Below are positions 11,079 through 23,913 of a stretch of 64,000 nucleotides of DNA, piece after piece. How positions within the stretch are numbered: the stretch's first letter is position 1; each line of letters begins with the position of its first letter. The stretch comes from Gammaproteobacteria bacterium (GTDB lineage Bacteria; Pseudomonadota; Gammaproteobacteria; GCA-002705445; GCA-002716945): the NCBI GenBank assembly GCA_038142325.1, contig JAYQJW010000002.1, forward strand, positions 256,001 to 320,000, given 5' to 3'. The notes beneath the pieces are model-generated. The model did no database searches. It was not told the origin of the DNA and saw nothing but the letters and a program-made list of their open reading frames with translations. Made by a program: the position numbers and the translations under genes.

Positions 11079-12389
11079 TGATGGATCTACATCTTTGAGT
11101 TCAGCATCTTTATATGCTTTTATTTTTTTTATATTCTCATAAGCTAAATCAATTGATTCTTCTTTAGTTTCACAACATACATTTACAGATAGTATTCTTC
11201 CTCCCGTAACTTTAAATGATCCATTACTAATCTTTGGGCCTGCATGAAAAATTTTGAGGTTTTCAGTTTCTTTTATATCAGATAAGTCTAGATAAAAATC
11301 TTTTTCAGGATTTGTTGGATAACCTTTTGCTGCCAAAACAACAGTACAACTGAACCCACTATATTCTTTATTATCTATAAAAGTAAGATTGAAGTTATCT
11401 GGATATTTAGAATTATCAAAGCCTATTAGGTCTAAAAAGTCGATGTCATTTTTGTGTAAGTACATCAAAATACTTTGAGTCTCGGGATCTCCCATTCTGC
11501 AATTATATTCAAGAAGATATGGCTTATCATTGTCTGCAGAAATCATTAAACCTAAATATAAAAACCCATTATATTTACTATTACTATTGGAAAGACTGTT
11601 TATTGCCACTATAGTCTTGATAAGAATCTTTTCAATTTCTATATTTAAAGCATAAACATCATTTTTTTTATATGAACAAAAAGGATGAGTGATAGAGCCC
11701 ATACCGCCTGTGTTAGGTCCTGAGTTATACTCATCTCGAGATTTATAATCTTTAATCCATGGAAGACCAATACTATTTTTAGAAGCATTGGGATTACATA
11801 TGTATATAGAAGAAAGCTCTATACCTCTTATAAAATCCTCAATTATAATTTTATCGCCTGATTTGAGTAACTTCGAAATTGATTCTCTTGCCTCGTCTAA
11901 CGTATTACAAATATCTACACCCTTTCCAGCAGCCAATCCATCATATTTAACCACTAGTGGTGATTTTTTTGTCTCTAAATATTTTATCGCTCTGGTAGCG
12001 TCATCAAATTCTTTATAATCTGCAGTTGGTAATTTGTTACTGCTCATAAAATTTTTCGAGAATACTTTTGACCCTTCAAGCTGCGCGAAAAACTTTTTTG
12101 GACCAAATATATTCAAGTTATTTTCCTCAAACAAATCACTTAGACCTTCAACTAATGGAACTTCTGGACCAACTATCGTTAGATCTATGTCATTCTCGAT
12201 AGCAAATTCTAATACTTTCTTATGATCATTTATGTTTACGTCAATATTGAATACATTTTTTTCTGATAATGTACCTGCATTTCCTGGCATAACGAAAATT
12301 TTATCAATTTCTCGTTTTGACTTAGATATTATCCATGCGAGAGCATGTTCTCTACCTCCAGAGCCAATTATTAAAACCTTTAATCCCAT
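11046..12389 (-). CDS. purD: Phosphoribosylamine-glycine ligase
   Basis: GSGGREHAL, VGPEVPL, LEGSK, DGLAAGKGV, GPNTGGMG, EYNCRMGDPETQ, YRTDIG. Confidence 0.97.
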   Translation of the reverse strand: MGLKVLIIGSGGREHALAWIISKSKREIDKIFVMPGNAGTLSEKNVFNIDVNINDHKKVLEFAIENDIDLTIVGPEVPLVEGLSDLFEENNLNIFGPKKFFAQLEGSKVFSKNFMSSNKLPTADYKEFDDATRAIKYLETKKSPLVVKYDGLAAGKGVDICNTLDEARESISKLLKSGDKIIIEDFIRGIELSSIYICNPNASKNSIGLPWIKDYKSRDEYNSGPNTGGMGSITHPFCSYKKNDVYALNIEIEKILIKTIVAINSLSNSNSKYNGFLYLGLMISADNDKPYLLEYNCRMGDPETQSILMYLHKNDIDFLDLIGFDNSKYPDNFNLTFIDNKEYSGFSCTVVLAAKGYPTNPEKDFYLDLSDIKETENLKIFHAGPKISNGSFKVTGGRILSVNVCCETKEESIDLAYENIKKIKAYKDAELKDVDPSLIFYRTDIGS

Positions 12390-13936
12390 CAGTGTTTGAA
12401 GACTCTTGTACTAGTGAAACACATAGCTATTTTGTGTTTATTAGCAACATCAATAATTTTTTTATCATTCATGGACCCGCCAGGCTGAATTATAGCTGAT
12501 ACGCCAATCTTCTTTGCTAAATCAACATTATCTCTGAAAGGAAAAAAAGCCTCTGAAGCCATAATGGAACCTTTTAGCGAAATCTTTTCTTTTTTTGACT
12601 TGTTATAAGCAATATTTGTTGAATCAATTCTGCTCATTTGACCAGCACCTATAGCTAACGTTTTATTATTTTTTACAAATACAATCGAATTTGATTTTAC
12701 GTATCGTGAAACTTTAAATGCAAAAAGCATATCAGCTAGTTGTTGAGCAGTTGGTTTTTTCTTTGTAACAACTTTAAGGTTATTTTTTGATAATATCTTT
12801 TCATCCTTTTCTTGAATTAAAAGCTTATCTCTAAGTAATTTTGTTTCATAAATTTTATCTTTATTACTTTTCAGTTTAATTTGTAATAATCTAATATTTG
12901 GCTTTTTCTTAATAACGTCTAGTGATTTTTTGTCAAATGAGGGTGCAGCAATAACTTCTACAAACTGTCTGTTTATAATTTTTTCTACAAGTTTAGAAGA
13001 AACTTTTTTATTGAAAGTAATTATCCCTCCAAACGCAGAAGTTGGATCAGTTTTATATGCATAGTCATATGCTTTATCAAGAGTGCTTGTACATGCTACC
13101 CCACATGGGTTCGCATGTTTGACAATCACACACGAAGGTTCTCTGAATTGTTCAACGCATGAAAATGCACTTTCTGTATCAACTAAATTATTAAAGGATA
13201 ATGATTTACCAGATAGCTGACTATATTCAAATCTAGTAAGCATAGGAGTATTAACTTGATATAGTTTTGCTTTTTGATGAGGGTTTTCCCCATATCTTAG
13301 TTCAGATAGTTCACCAGCATTCAAAGAAAGGTTATCCTGTGATAATAAATCTAAATTCTTTGGTTCTTTTTTTAAATAAGAGGAAATCATTGAGTCATAT
13401 TTTGAAATTAAAGTGAATACTTTTGCAGCTAAGTAGCGTCTGGTTGATAGTTTTACTTTGCCATTGGTTTCAATTTCGTCAAGAATTTTTGAATAATCAG
13501 ATGGCTGAGTTAAAACTGTTACACGCTGATGATTTTTAGCAGATGCTCTCAACAAAGTTGGTCCACCAATATCAATATTCTCAATTGCATCGCTGAAAGA
13601 ACAATTTTTATTAGCAATGGTCTTCTCGAAAGGATATAAATTAACGACAACCATATCTATAAGAGAATATTTTGAGTCTTTTAAGTCTTTTAAGTCCTTT
13701 TCTGACTTAGCTAATATCCCTGCATGTATTGTAGGATGCAAAGTTTTGACACGACCTTCTAATATTTCTTCAAATTGCGTAAATTTTGATATTGGAATAA
13801 TATTTATACCTTTATCCTCAAGATATTTAGCTGTGCCACCTGTAGATATAATTGTGTAATCGTTTTTAACTAATTGTGAGGCAAATGAATCTATATCTGT
13901 TTTGTCAGATACACTTATAAGAGCAATTTTTTTCAT
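12389..13936 (-). CDS. purH: Bifunctional AICAR transformylase/IMP cyclohydrolase
   Basis: ALISVSDK, GRVKTLHP, ENIDIGGP, LRYGENPHQ, KHANPCG, IGAGQMSR, IIQPGGS. Confidence 0.98.
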   Translation of the reverse strand: MKKIALISVSDKTDIDSFASQLVKNDYTIISTGGTAKYLEDKGINIIPISKFTQFEEILEGRVKTLHPTIHAGILAKSEKDLKDLKDSKYSLIDMVVVNLYPFEKTIANKNCSFSDAIENIDIGGPTLLRASAKNHQRVTVLTQPSDYSKILDEIETNGKVKLSTRRYLAAKVFTLISKYDSMISSYLKKEPKNLDLLSQDNLSLNAGELSELRYGENPHQKAKLYQVNTPMLTRFEYSQLSGKSLSFNNLVDTESAFSCVEQFREPSCVIVKHANPCGVACTSTLDKAYDYAYKTDPTSAFGGIITFNKKVSSKLVEKIINRQFVEVIAAPSFDKKSLDVIKKKPNIRLLQIKLKSNKDKIYETKLLRDKLLIQEKDEKILSKNNLKVVTKKKPTAQQLADMLFAFKVSRYVKSNSIVFVKNNKTLAIGAGQMSRIDSTNIAYNKSKKEKISLKGSIMASEAFFPFRDNVDLAKKIGVSAIIQPGGSMNDKKIIDVANKHKIAMCFTSTRVFKH

Positions 13937-14202
13937 TTAATTTTTAGGTTGTACTCTTTTATACGCTTAATTAGTGTTCCACGACTAATTCCTAGAAAGT
14001 CTGCTGATTTGGTGACATTTCCATTACATGTTTCAAGGACGGTATCAATCAATGTTTTTTCTGTATCATTCAAAAATAGGCTGTGCATGTTAGATTTACT
14101 ACCGTTTCCATTCATATTCTTAATAAATGTTTTAACTTCTTTTTTTACCACGGAACTTAAGTTGCTGCTGGACAAATTTTTGACTATTCTATTTTTTTTC
14201 AT
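13933..14202 (-). CDS. fis: Fis family DNA-binding protein
   Basis: C-terminal HTH GNVTKSADFLGISRGTLIKRIKEY; canonical position upstream of purH. Confidence 0.88.
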   Translation of the reverse strand: MKKNRIVKNLSSSNLSSVVKKEVKTFIKNMNGNGSKSNMHSLFLNDTEKTLIDTVLETCNGNVTKSADFLGISRGTLIKRIKEYNLKIK

Positions 14203-14284
14203 CTTTGATTAAATATTGAAATTACCCCTGAATGAATAATATTACAATCAAAGCTCTTAACGATAAAGACTATTTAGTAAAAAA

Positions 14285-15631
14285 CTAATTATTTTTTATA
14301 TATTTGGTGAGAGTATTAATTGAATACTCTCCTTTTGAGAAGAAATCAGTACGAAGTAACTTTTTATGTAGCTCAATATTTGTCTTAACACCATTTATTA
14401 CTGTCTCGCTTAATGCCTGATACATTTTCTCTATGGCAAGCTCTCTTGTTTTTGCATAAGTAATTAATTTCGCTAACAAGGAATCATAGTAGGGTGGAAC
14501 TGAATAACCGCTATAAACATGAGTATCAATCCTTACGCCAGGGCCTCCAGGAGCATGAAAACTCTCTATTTTGCCTGGTGAGGGGATAAACGTTTTTGGA
14601 TCTTCAGCATTTATTCTACATTCAATCGCATGCCCCTTAAGAGTTATATCTTCTTGTTTAATACTTAATTTTTCTCCAGAAGCAACTCTGATTTGTTCAC
14701 TAATTAGATCAGTGTTTGTTACAAGTTCAGTTACTGGATGTTCGACTTGTATCCTAGTATTCATTTCTATAAAGCTAAATTGCCCATCTTGATATAGAAA
14801 TTCAAACGTGCCTGCTCCTGTATACCCTAGTTTGACACATGCTTCTGCACAAATAGCACCTATTTTATCAATCTCCTTACGCTCTATACCACATGCTTGA
14901 GTTTCTTCGATTATTTTTTGATTTCTTCTTTCCATTGAGCAATCTCTCTCACCAAAATGTACCGCATTACCATGCTCATCACTCATGATTTGTATTTCTA
15001 TGTGCCTAGGATTATCAAAATACTTTTCAAAGTAGAGATCACCGTTACCAAATGCATTTTTTGCTTCTGTTCTTACCAAATTCATACTGTTAGAAAGTTC
15101 TGATTTTTTTTCAACAATCATCATACCTCTTCCACCGCCACCATGTATTGCCTTAAGCATTATGGGATAACCAATTTCGTCAACTTTTTTGAGCATTTGT
15201 TTGTCTGGCTCAACAGGCAAGACGCCATCATATCCAGGAATACATGGTACTCCAAAGTCTTTCATAGTTTTCTTAGCCTTGATTTTGTCACCCATTTTAT
15301 TTAACACTTTACTTGAGGGACCTATAAACTTAAAACCATTAGTTTCGATAATTTCAGCAAACATTTCTGATTCAGATAGGAATCCATATCCAGGATGAAT
15401 AGCATCAGCATTAGTCAGTTCAGCAGCACTTATTATTGATGGCATGTTTAAATAACTTTCTTTAGGATTAGGCCCGCCTATACACACTGATTCATCAGCT
15501 AGTTTCACATGAGCAAGCTGTCTATCTGCTGTTGAATGAACAGCTACTGTTTTTATACCCAGGTTTTTACATGCTCTTAAAATCCTAAGAGCAATTTCTC
15601 CTCTATTTGCTATAAGTACTTTATTAATCAT
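14285..15631 (-). CDS. accC: Acetyl-CoA carboxylase biotin carboxylase
   Basis: [49 protein letters not shown]. Confidence 0.98.
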   Translation of the reverse strand: MINKVLIANRGEIALRILRACKNLGIKTVAVHSTADRQLAHVKLADESVCIGGPNPKESYLNMPSIISAAELTNADAIHPGYGFLSESEMFAEIIETNGFKFIGPSSKVLNKMGDKIKAKKTMKDFGVPCIPGYDGVLPVEPDKQMLKKVDEIGYPIMLKAIHGGGGRGMMIVEKKSELSNSMNLVRTEAKNAFGNGDLYFEKYFDNPRHIEIQIMSDEHGNAVHFGERDCSMERRNQKIIEETQACGIERKEIDKIGAICAEACVKLGYTGAGTFEFLYQDGQFSFIEMNTRIQVEHPVTELVTNTDLISEQIRVASGEKLSIKQEDITLKGHAIECRINAEDPKTFIPSPGKIESFHAPGGPGVRIDTHVYSGYSVPPYYDSLLAKLITYAKTRELAIEKMYQALSETVINGVKTNIELHKKLLRTDFFSKGEYSINTLTKYIKNN

Positions 15632-16083
15632 TCGATGACAAATAGCGGTTGATCGAATTCGACAGGTTCAGCATTGTTTACAAGTATCTCTATAATTTTT
15701 CCATCACTTTCTGCTTGAACCTGATTCATCATTTTCATTGCTTCAAGAATACACAACGTATCACCTTTCTTTACTGTTTGTCCTATTGTTACAAATGGTT
15801 TTGATTCTGGAGAGGCTGACGCATAAAAAGTTCCTACCATAGGTGAATTCACAGTATTTCTATTTTCTGTTGGAGCACTTGGTTGCGTATCTGACTTTAC
15901 AGGTTGTTGAGCAGTAGCTTGAATTTGTGGTTGAGGTTGCTGAATAACTTGCTGTACAGGCATAGATGAAATCGATGTATTCCTAGATAATTTTATTGAC
16001 TCTTCACCTTCCTTAACTTCTATTTCAGCAATACCACTTTCTTCTAAAAGCTCCATAAGTTTTTTAATTTTTCTTAGATCCAT
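15628..16083 (-). CDS. accB: Acetyl-CoA carboxylase biotin carboxyl carrier protein
   Basis: [24 protein letters not shown]. Confidence 0.98.
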   Translation of the reverse strand: MDLRKIKKLMELLEESGIAEIEVKEGEESIKLSRNTSISSMPVQQVIQQPQPQIQATAQQPVKSDTQPSAPTENRNTVNSPMVGTFYASASPESKPFVTIGQTVKKGDTLCILEAMKMMNQVQAESDGKIIEILVNNAEPVEFDQPLFVIE

Positions 16084-16085
16084 AA

Positions 16086-16517
16086 TTAACCTCTTTTGAT
16101 AATTGATAGCAATGCAAATTCATAACCGATGACACCAAATCCTGTGATTAGGCCTTGGCTAATATCTGACAAGAATGATTTTTTCCTGAATTCTTCTCTG
16201 CTGTAAATATTTGAAATATGAATTTCAATAAATGGAATATTTACGCCTAAGAAAGCATCTCTGAGGGCAATACTTGTGTGTGTAAAAGCACCAGGGTTTA
16301 TTATGATATAATTGATATTGTTCTTTGCAGCTTTGTGAAGTTGGTCAATCAAATCGGTTTCTGAATTGGATTGGTAAAAACTTATATTGATATTATTTTC
16401 TTTAGCTATACTCTGGAGTCTACCTTCAACATCTTTTAGTGTGTCAGTTCCATATACTTCAGGCTCTCTTGTTCCTAGTAGATTTAAATTTGGCCCATTT
16501 AATACAAGTATGTTCAT
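16086..16517 (-). CDS. aroQ: Type II 3-dehydroquinate dehydratase
   Basis: [38 protein letters not shown]. Confidence 0.98.
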   Translation of the reverse strand: MNILVLNGPNLNLLGTREPEVYGTDTLKDVEGRLQSIAKENNINISFYQSNSETDLIDQLHKAAKNNINYIIINPGAFTHTSIALRDAFLGVNIPFIEIHISNIYSREEFRKKSFLSDISQGLITGFGVIGYEFALLSIIKRG

Positions 16518-16578
16518 TTATGTGAATTTAATTGATTTTGGGTGATATTATACGAAATTTGGAGAAATTTGAAGTATT

Positions 16579-18333
16579 TTATGATTTTTTTAATAATCTA
16601 AGAACTTCAAGAAAATTTTCAGATTCCATAAAACCAACAACTCTTGCCGACTCTATCTCATTACCATTTTGATCATAGAACAACAGAGCAGGAGGACCGA
16701 AGATTTTCAAATTTTTTAGGTATTCAGAATGTTCTTCCGTAGTTTGAGTTATATCTAATTTGATAAGCTTGAATTCATTAAGAATATTACTCACCTTTTG
16801 GTTACTGAATGTATATTTTTCTAATTCTTTGCAAGCTACACACCAATCTGCGTATAAATCAACCATGATCAACTTATCACTGTTTGTAAGCTCTTTATTA
16901 AGATTTTCTATTGTTTTGACTTCAATAAATTTTACGCTTTGATTTTTTTGTATAAAACTTGTAATTGGGTCATAGTAAGTATTATTTTTAATCCCATAGA
17001 TCTGCATCAAGAAATAGAATAATGAAACAATCGAGAGAGTATATCCGATTGTTTTAGACAAAAAGCTTTTAAAAAGCTTATACGATTTAGATAAAACAAT
17101 AACAAATATGATTGCAGAGATGGACCAAAGGTATGCCGCTAATTCCATTGATACTATCCTTTCAAGAAGCCATACTGATACAAACACAAATAACATACCA
17201 AAAAAGTAATTAACTAATTCTAAGTAAGGACCTATTTTGGAAATCAGTTTTGTAGTACTAGAACCAAGAATAATCAATGGCGTTCCCATACCTAATCCTA
17301 GAAAAAATAGAGCAAGACCACCAACAAAGGCATCACCAGTTGCTGCTATATAAATAAGAGCTCCTATGAGTGGCGCTGTGACACATGGTCCAACTATGAG
17401 AGCTGATAAGACTCCCATCACAGCCACATCTTTAACACCTCCAGATTTCTGTTTATTGCTAATGTTTGTCATCAGTGTTTGAATTGATTTTGGCATTTGA
17501 ATGTCAAAAAATTTAAACATAGCAAGAGCAAAGATAAAAAATAACAAAGATATAAAGCCTAAGACATACGGGTTTTGTAAACTCGCTTGGATATTTGTCC
17601 CAGATGATGCCACAACTATTCCTGCTAGAGCATAAGTTAGCGACATGCTAATGACATATATAGATGAGAGAGTTATCGATCTTTTTTGACTAACGTTACC
17701 TTGTCCTGCAATGATACCTGTAAGGATTGGCACCATTGGTAACACACATGGGGTGAAAGCTAACAAAAGACCAGCCAAGTAAAAGATAAATATATTATAG
17801 ATTAATGAATTTATATTTAATGATTCACTGATTGCATTCTGGCTTTCAAAAAAAGATACTTTTTTTAGGTTGCTAGAAGCCAGCTTTTTTTTTACTTTGA
17901 TAGTTTTAAAAACTGGTGGATAACACAGCCCTGCATCAGCACATCCCTGATACTTAATTTTCAAATCTATGTAATCATTAACGTTATTCTCTAAATAGAC
18001 GTCTGCTTCTGTGGAATTATAATAAATATCAACTTCACCAAAAAATTCGTCAGTCTTTTTCTTACCATCAGGCATTTCTACTTTTTTTATTTTATTCTGC
18101 TGATCAAGCGATTCGAATTCAAACATACCCATATATAAGTAATAACCGGGATGTATGTTCCAATTTATGTTTACCTGTTTTTCATTAATCAATTCATATG
18201 AAACAACGAAGGCCTCATCCGGAGATAAAAATTCGGGTTGAGTTTTAGGTAAGTCAGACGCTAGAGCAGTATTTACTAAAAGCGCACTAAATAAGATTAT
18301 TATGTGATGAAATTTATTTTGCACGTACTTCAT
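16579..18333 (-). CDS. dsbD: Thiol:disulfide interchange protein DsbD
   Basis: QGCADAGLCYPP, FTPCVLPM, GPCVTAPL, ADWCVAC. Confidence 0.96.
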   Translation of the reverse strand: MKYVQNKFHHIIILFSALLVNTALASDLPKTQPEFLSPDEAFVVSYELINEKQVNINWNIHPGYYLYMGMFEFESLDQQNKIKKVEMPDGKKKTDEFFGEVDIYYNSTEADVYLENNVNDYIDLKIKYQGCADAGLCYPPVFKTIKVKKKLASSNLKKVSFFESQNAISESLNINSLIYNIFIFYLAGLLLAFTPCVLPMVPILTGIIAGQGNVSQKRSITLSSIYVISMSLTYALAGIVVASSGTNIQASLQNPYVLGFISLLFFIFALAMFKFFDIQMPKSIQTLMTNISNKQKSGGVKDVAVMGVLSALIVGPCVTAPLIGALIYIAATGDAFVGGLALFFLGLGMGTPLIILGSSTTKLISKIGPYLELVNYFFGMLFVFVSVWLLERIVSMELAAYLWSISAIIFVIVLSKSYKLFKSFLSKTIGYTLSIVSLFYFLMQIYGIKNNTYYDPITSFIQKNQSVKFIEVKTIENLNKELTNSDKLIMVDLYADWCVACKELEKYTFSNQKVSNILNEFKLIKLDITQTTEEHSEYLKNLKIFGPPALLFYDQNGNEIESARVVGFMESENFLEVLRLLKKS

Positions 18334-18640
18334 TTTTCAACCATCTAAGATATTTACTACTTCCATTTGATATTTCTATTGATATTATTTCAGGGGTCTT
18401 ATAGTTATGCAATTCTTCTATCACTCTCTCAACCTCACTAAATCTATCCGAGGTTGTTTTTGCGTGTATTAATACTTCTTCATCTTTAACTAATTTGTCG
18501 TCATAACAATACATGCTTAAGTTGGTTGGATACAGATTTACACATGCAGCCAACCTCTTTTTAATTAATGTTTCAGCAATTATCTCAGAAATATGTTTTT
18601 TATTTGTATGAGTTTGAACAATTATATACTCATTTGCCAT
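18314..18640 (-). CDS. cutA: Divalent-cation tolerance protein CutA (start at MANEY)
   Basis: KRLAACVN, EVLIHAKT, LHNYKTPEII, YLRWL; cutA-dsbD order. Confidence 0.93.
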   Translation of the reverse strand: MANEYIIVQTHTNKKHISEIIAETLIKKRLAACVNLYPTNLSMYCYDDKLVKDEEVLIHAKTTSDRFSEVERVIEELHNYKTPEIISIEISNGSSKYLRWLKNEVRAK

Positions 18641-18651
18641 ATACTTTACCC

Positions 18652-19050
18652 ATGAAACTATCAAAATTTGCTCTATATTTACTCCCTGTAATTGAATTAA
18701 TCATGTTTATTGAAATAGGTTCAATAATTGGAAGTTTGTATGTCATATTATCAATTCTCATCACTGCATTTCTAGGTTACTACTTAATCAAACAAAAATT
18801 AAGAAACTTAGGCATTAGTCTCTTCAGCTTGAACAATTTGAATAATATTTACTCTGAATATGCTTCAAGCATGTATTCACTTCTAGGCGGTATTTTGCTT
18901 ATTATTCCAGGATATATAACTGACACTGCAGGACTAATTCTGATGCTTCCAGTATTTAGACCAAAACTATCCTCATTTTTTGAGTCAAAATACAATAAAA
19001 AAGGCAATAAAACCAACATAATTGACGGGGATTATCGAGATAGTGATTAG
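18652..19050 (+). CDS. fxsA: FxsA family membrane protein
   Basis: LPVIEL, GGILLIIPGYITDTAGL, IIDGDY; conserved position before groES. Confidence 0.9.
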   Translation: MKLSKFALYLLPVIELIMFIEIGSIIGSLYVILSILITAFLGYYLIKQKLRNLGISLFSLNNLNNIYSEYASSMYSLLGGILLIIPGYITDTAGLILMLPVFRPKLSSFFESKYNKKGNKTNIIDGDYRDSD

Positions 19051-19065
19051 ATTATAAGATATTTC

Positions 19066-19091
19066 CTTGAAATTATTATCATAGTCCATAT
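19066..19091 (+). promoter_or_regulatory. Sigma-32 (RpoH)-type heat-shock promoter of groESL
   Basis: CTTGAAA (19066-19072) then 13 nt then CCATAT (19086-19091). Confidence 0.7.
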
Positions 19092-19093
19092 CA

Positions 19094-19120
19094 TTAGCAG
19101 TCTAAGGGTTAGAGTGCTAA
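19094..19120 (+). promoter_or_regulatory. CIRCE operator (HrcA binding site)
   Basis: TTAGCAGTC-N9-GAGTGCTAA; one mismatch to TTAGCACTC-N9-GAGTGCTAA. Confidence 0.9.
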
Positions 19121-19145
19121 CTGCAAATTTAAGAGAGGTAAATAC

Positions 19146-19436
19146 ATGAATATAAGACCTTTGCATGATCGCGTGATCGTAAGAAGAAAAGAAGAAGAAA
19201 AAACATCTCCTGGAGGAATAGTAATCCCTGACAGTGCGACTGAAAAACCAGTAAAAGGTGAAATAGTGGCTGTTGGTAAGGGCAAAATTTTGGAAAACGG
19301 TGAAATTAGGCCTCTAGATGTAAAAGAAGGGGATCAAATTCTGTTCGGCAAATACTCAGGAACAGAGATAACCATAGACGGTGAAGAGATGTTGGTCATG
19401 CGTGAAGATGACATCACAGCGATTATAACTAATTAA
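19146..19436 (+). CDS. groES: Co-chaperonin GroES
   Basis: [33 protein letters not shown]. Confidence 0.99.
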   Translation: MNIRPLHDRVIVRRKEEEKTSPGGIVIPDSATEKPVKGEIVAVGKGKILENGEIRPLDVKEGDQILFGKYSGTEITIDGEEMLVMREDDITAIITN

Positions 19437-19448
19437 TTTCAGAGGTAA

Positions 19449-21121
<1,673 letters not shown>

Positions 21122-21150
21122 CTCCGTACTTAATCACTAAATCAAAAATT

Positions 21151-21182
21151 ACAAAGCCTCTTTTACAGAGGCTTTGTTTTTT
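21151..21182 (+). terminator. Rho-independent terminator of groESL
   Basis: ACAAAGCCTCT-TTTAC-AGAGGCTTTGT followed by T-run. Confidence 0.9.
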
Positions 21183-21219
21183 CCCATTTCTGTAATATTT
21201 AAATGCTACAATTAATTTA

Positions 21220-22869
21220 ATGAACAAAACTTGGTTGAAACAATACCCCAACAGTCTAGATGCAAACCTTGAAGAGTTAGATAATGATTCAATCACTGAT
21301 CTGCTAGATTCTGCATCTTACAAGTTTTCAAACAACATAGCTTTTTCATCCTTAAATACTGACTTAAGTTATAAAATGTTAAATCTTCTGTCAAAAAGAT
21401 TAGCAGCCTACATGCAATATCTAGGTATCAGTAAACACACCAGAGTTGCAATTATGCTACCAAACTTATTAACTTATCCAGTGTCATTATTCGCCACATA
21501 CTTTTGCGGAGGCACTGTCATCAACATAAACCCTTTATACAAAACTAGAGAAATTGAGCATGTGCTCAAAGACTCAGGTGCAGAATATATTTTTGTTTTA
21601 GATAAATTTTATAACGAGCTTGAACCATGTATAGATAATTCAAAACTCAAGGGTGTGATAGTTTGTAAAATAACAGATCTACTTAGTCCATTAATGAAAC
21701 TACTTGTATCTGGAGTTATGCTTTACAAAAGAGAGCGAATCAAAATTAAAAGAAAAAAAGGTATTATTTATTTTAGTGATATAGTTTCAAACAATTTTAG
21801 TTACACAGATGTCCAAACTGATTTAGATGACACAGCATTACTTCAATACACAGGCGGTACGACTGGTAAGTCAAAAGCTGCATTGTTAACACACAGAAAT
21901 CTACTATCAAACATTCAGCAAGTGCACAATTGGATTAAACCTCATATAACAGAAGGAAAAGAGATTATTATCACTGCATTGCCTTTGTATCATATATTTT
22001 CTTTCACTGTGAATTGTTTGACTTTCTTAAAAATTGGATCTGAGAATGTTCTAATTGCTAATCCGAGAGATTTAAAATCATTTCTAAAAGTTTTAGAGAA
22101 AAAGAAATTTACAGTCTTGACCGGTGTGAATACATTATTTAATCTATTAATGACTAGCAGTAGATTTAAAAAAATTAACTTTAATAACTTTAAAGTTACT
22201 GTCGGCGGAGGTATGGCAGTTCTTAGCGAGACTGCAAAAAAATGGAAAAAAATAACCGGAACTAATATTACACAAGGATATGGTCTTACAGAAACATCAC
22301 CTGTTGTAACGATTAATAAAATTGATGATTCATATAATGGCTCTATTGGAATTCCATTACAATCAACTGATGTAAAAATTATTGATGAAAACGGGAATAA
22401 GTTACAGGTTGGTCAAGAAGGAGAATTATGTGTTAAAGGACCACAGGTCATGTCAGGGTATCTAAATGATTCATCTAATAAGTCACAAAACTTTACATCA
22501 GATAATTATTTTAAAACTGGAGATATAGCTGTCATAAATACAGATGGATTTTTGAAAATAGTAGATAGGAAAAAAGATATGATAATATCTTCAGGATACA
22601 ATGTGTACCCTAATGAGGTTGAAGATTTTTTAGGTAGCCATGAAGATGTAATTGAAGCTGGCGTTATTGGAGTTAATGATAAAAATAGGGGCGAAGCTAT
22701 TAAAGCATTCATCGTTTCATCTAATAATAAACTTACCGCTCAAGAGATAATTAGTTATTGCAAAGCAGGATTAACAGAATATAAAGTTCCTAAATCTGTA
22801 GTTTTTCTAGATGAACTGCCAAAGACTAATGTAGGAAAAATTTTAAGAAGAGAACTAAGAAACTTATAG
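21220..22869 (+). CDS. fadD: Long-chain fatty acid-CoA ligase
   Basis: LQYTGGTTGKSK, QGYGLTETSP, FKTGDIA, VDRKKDMI, LPKTNVGKILRREL. Confidence 0.93.
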   Translation: MNKTWLKQYPNSLDANLEELDNDSITDLLDSASYKFSNNIAFSSLNTDLSYKMLNLLSKRLAAYMQYLGISKHTRVAIMLPNLLTYPVSLFATYFCGGTVININPLYKTREIEHVLKDSGAEYIFVLDKFYNELEPCIDNSKLKGVIVCKITDLLSPLMKLLVSGVMLYKRERIKIKRKKGIIYFSDIVSNNFSYTDVQTDLDDTALLQYTGGTTGKSKAALLTHRNLLSNIQQVHNWIKPHITEGKEIIITALPLYHIFSFTVNCLTFLKIGSENVLIANPRDLKSFLKVLEKKKFTVLTGVNTLFNLLMTSSRFKKINFNNFKVTVGGGMAVLSETAKKWKKITGTNITQGYGLTETSPVVTINKIDDSYNGSIGIPLQSTDVKIIDENGNKLQVGQEGELCVKGPQVMSGYLNDSSNKSQNFTSDNYFKTGDIAVINTDGFLKIVDRKKDMIISSGYNVYPNEVEDFLGSHEDVIEAGVIGVNDKNRGEAIKAFIVSSNNKLTAQEIISYCKAGLTEYKVPKSVVFLDELPKTNVGKILRRELRNL

Positions 22870-23913
22870 CTTCTTTTCAAATAACATCAAATGATCTACA
22901 ACGGGCTTTATACCGATGCTCTCATTGAGAGCATGATTATGATGGCTGGGAGTATAACAAAAAACTTTTTGTTTATCTTGAAGTTCAAGCTCATATAAAA
23001 AATCTGATCCATAAAATACTTTATCGATGACTTTTGCAGACTCTGTAGAATCATCGTCATGAATGATATCATCAGGCCTTAAAAGAAGATAAACGTCAGA
23101 ATCTTTTTCAAAATCTTGTGTATTTCCAAATATTGTACCTAATGATGTTTCTATATGATTAGCATCTATTATTTTTGCTTTGAGGTAACTTGTTATACCA
23201 AAGAAATTAGCAATTTCTCTAGATGTGGGTTTATGATAAATGTTATATGGTGTATCAAATTGTGAAATTTTTCCATCACTTAAGAAAGCTATTTTGTCGC
23301 ACATAGTGAAAGCCTCCTTTGGATTATGAGTTATTAGTATTGCCGTTGTTTTCTCATTCTTTAATGTATTTTTGATATCATTCATCAGTGTCTCTTTTAA
23401 CTCTTCGTCTAGGGCACTAAAAGGTTCATCAAGTAATAAAATAGATGGCTTCGGCGCTATTGCACGTGCTATAGCTACCCTTTGTTGTTGTCCTCCAGAA
23501 ATTTGATGTGGATATCTGTCTGCAATAGAGGAAATATTTAACATTTCTTCAAGCTTTGTGGATCTCATATTTTGGTTTTTTTTATTATCTTTGTGAAGAC
23601 CAAAACAGATATTCTCTCTTACAGTTAGATGTGGAAATAAAGCCAAGTCCTGAAAAATAACACCTATGTTTCTTTTATCAACATTAACGAAATTTTTATT
23701 ATCCTCTACCGTTATATCATCAATTTTAATTGTACCTGAAGAAATTCTATTAAACCCTGCAATTGATCGAATAAGAGACGTCTTCCCCGACGCACTTGAA
23801 CCCATCAAAGAAATTATTTCGCCATCATTTACTTTTAGATCTACACCAGATAGTACAACTTGACCATCAAATATAATTTTAACATCATCAAGCTGTAATT
23901 TATTTCTTGTCAT
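22864..23913 (-). CDS. fbpC: Fe(III) ABC transporter ATP-binding subunit
   Basis: Walker A GSSASGKTS, FQDLALFPHL, ISGGQQQRVAIARA, LLDEPFSALD. Confidence 0.9.
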   Translation of the reverse strand: MTRNKLQLDDVKIIFDGQVVLSGVDLKVNDGEIISLMGSSASGKTSLIRSIAGFNRISSGTIKIDDITVEDNKNFVNVDKRNIGVIFQDLALFPHLTVRENICFGLHKDNKKNQNMRSTKLEEMLNISSIADRYPHQISGGQQQRVAIARAIAPKPSILLLDEPFSALDEELKETLMNDIKNTLKNEKTTAILITHNPKEAFTMCDKIAFLSDGKISQFDTPYNIYHKPTSREIANFFGITSYLKAKIIDANHIETSLGTIFGNTQDFEKDSDVYLLLRPDDIIHDDDSTESAKVIDKVFYGSDFLYELELQDKQKVFCYTPSHHNHALNESIGIKPVVDHLMLFEKKL

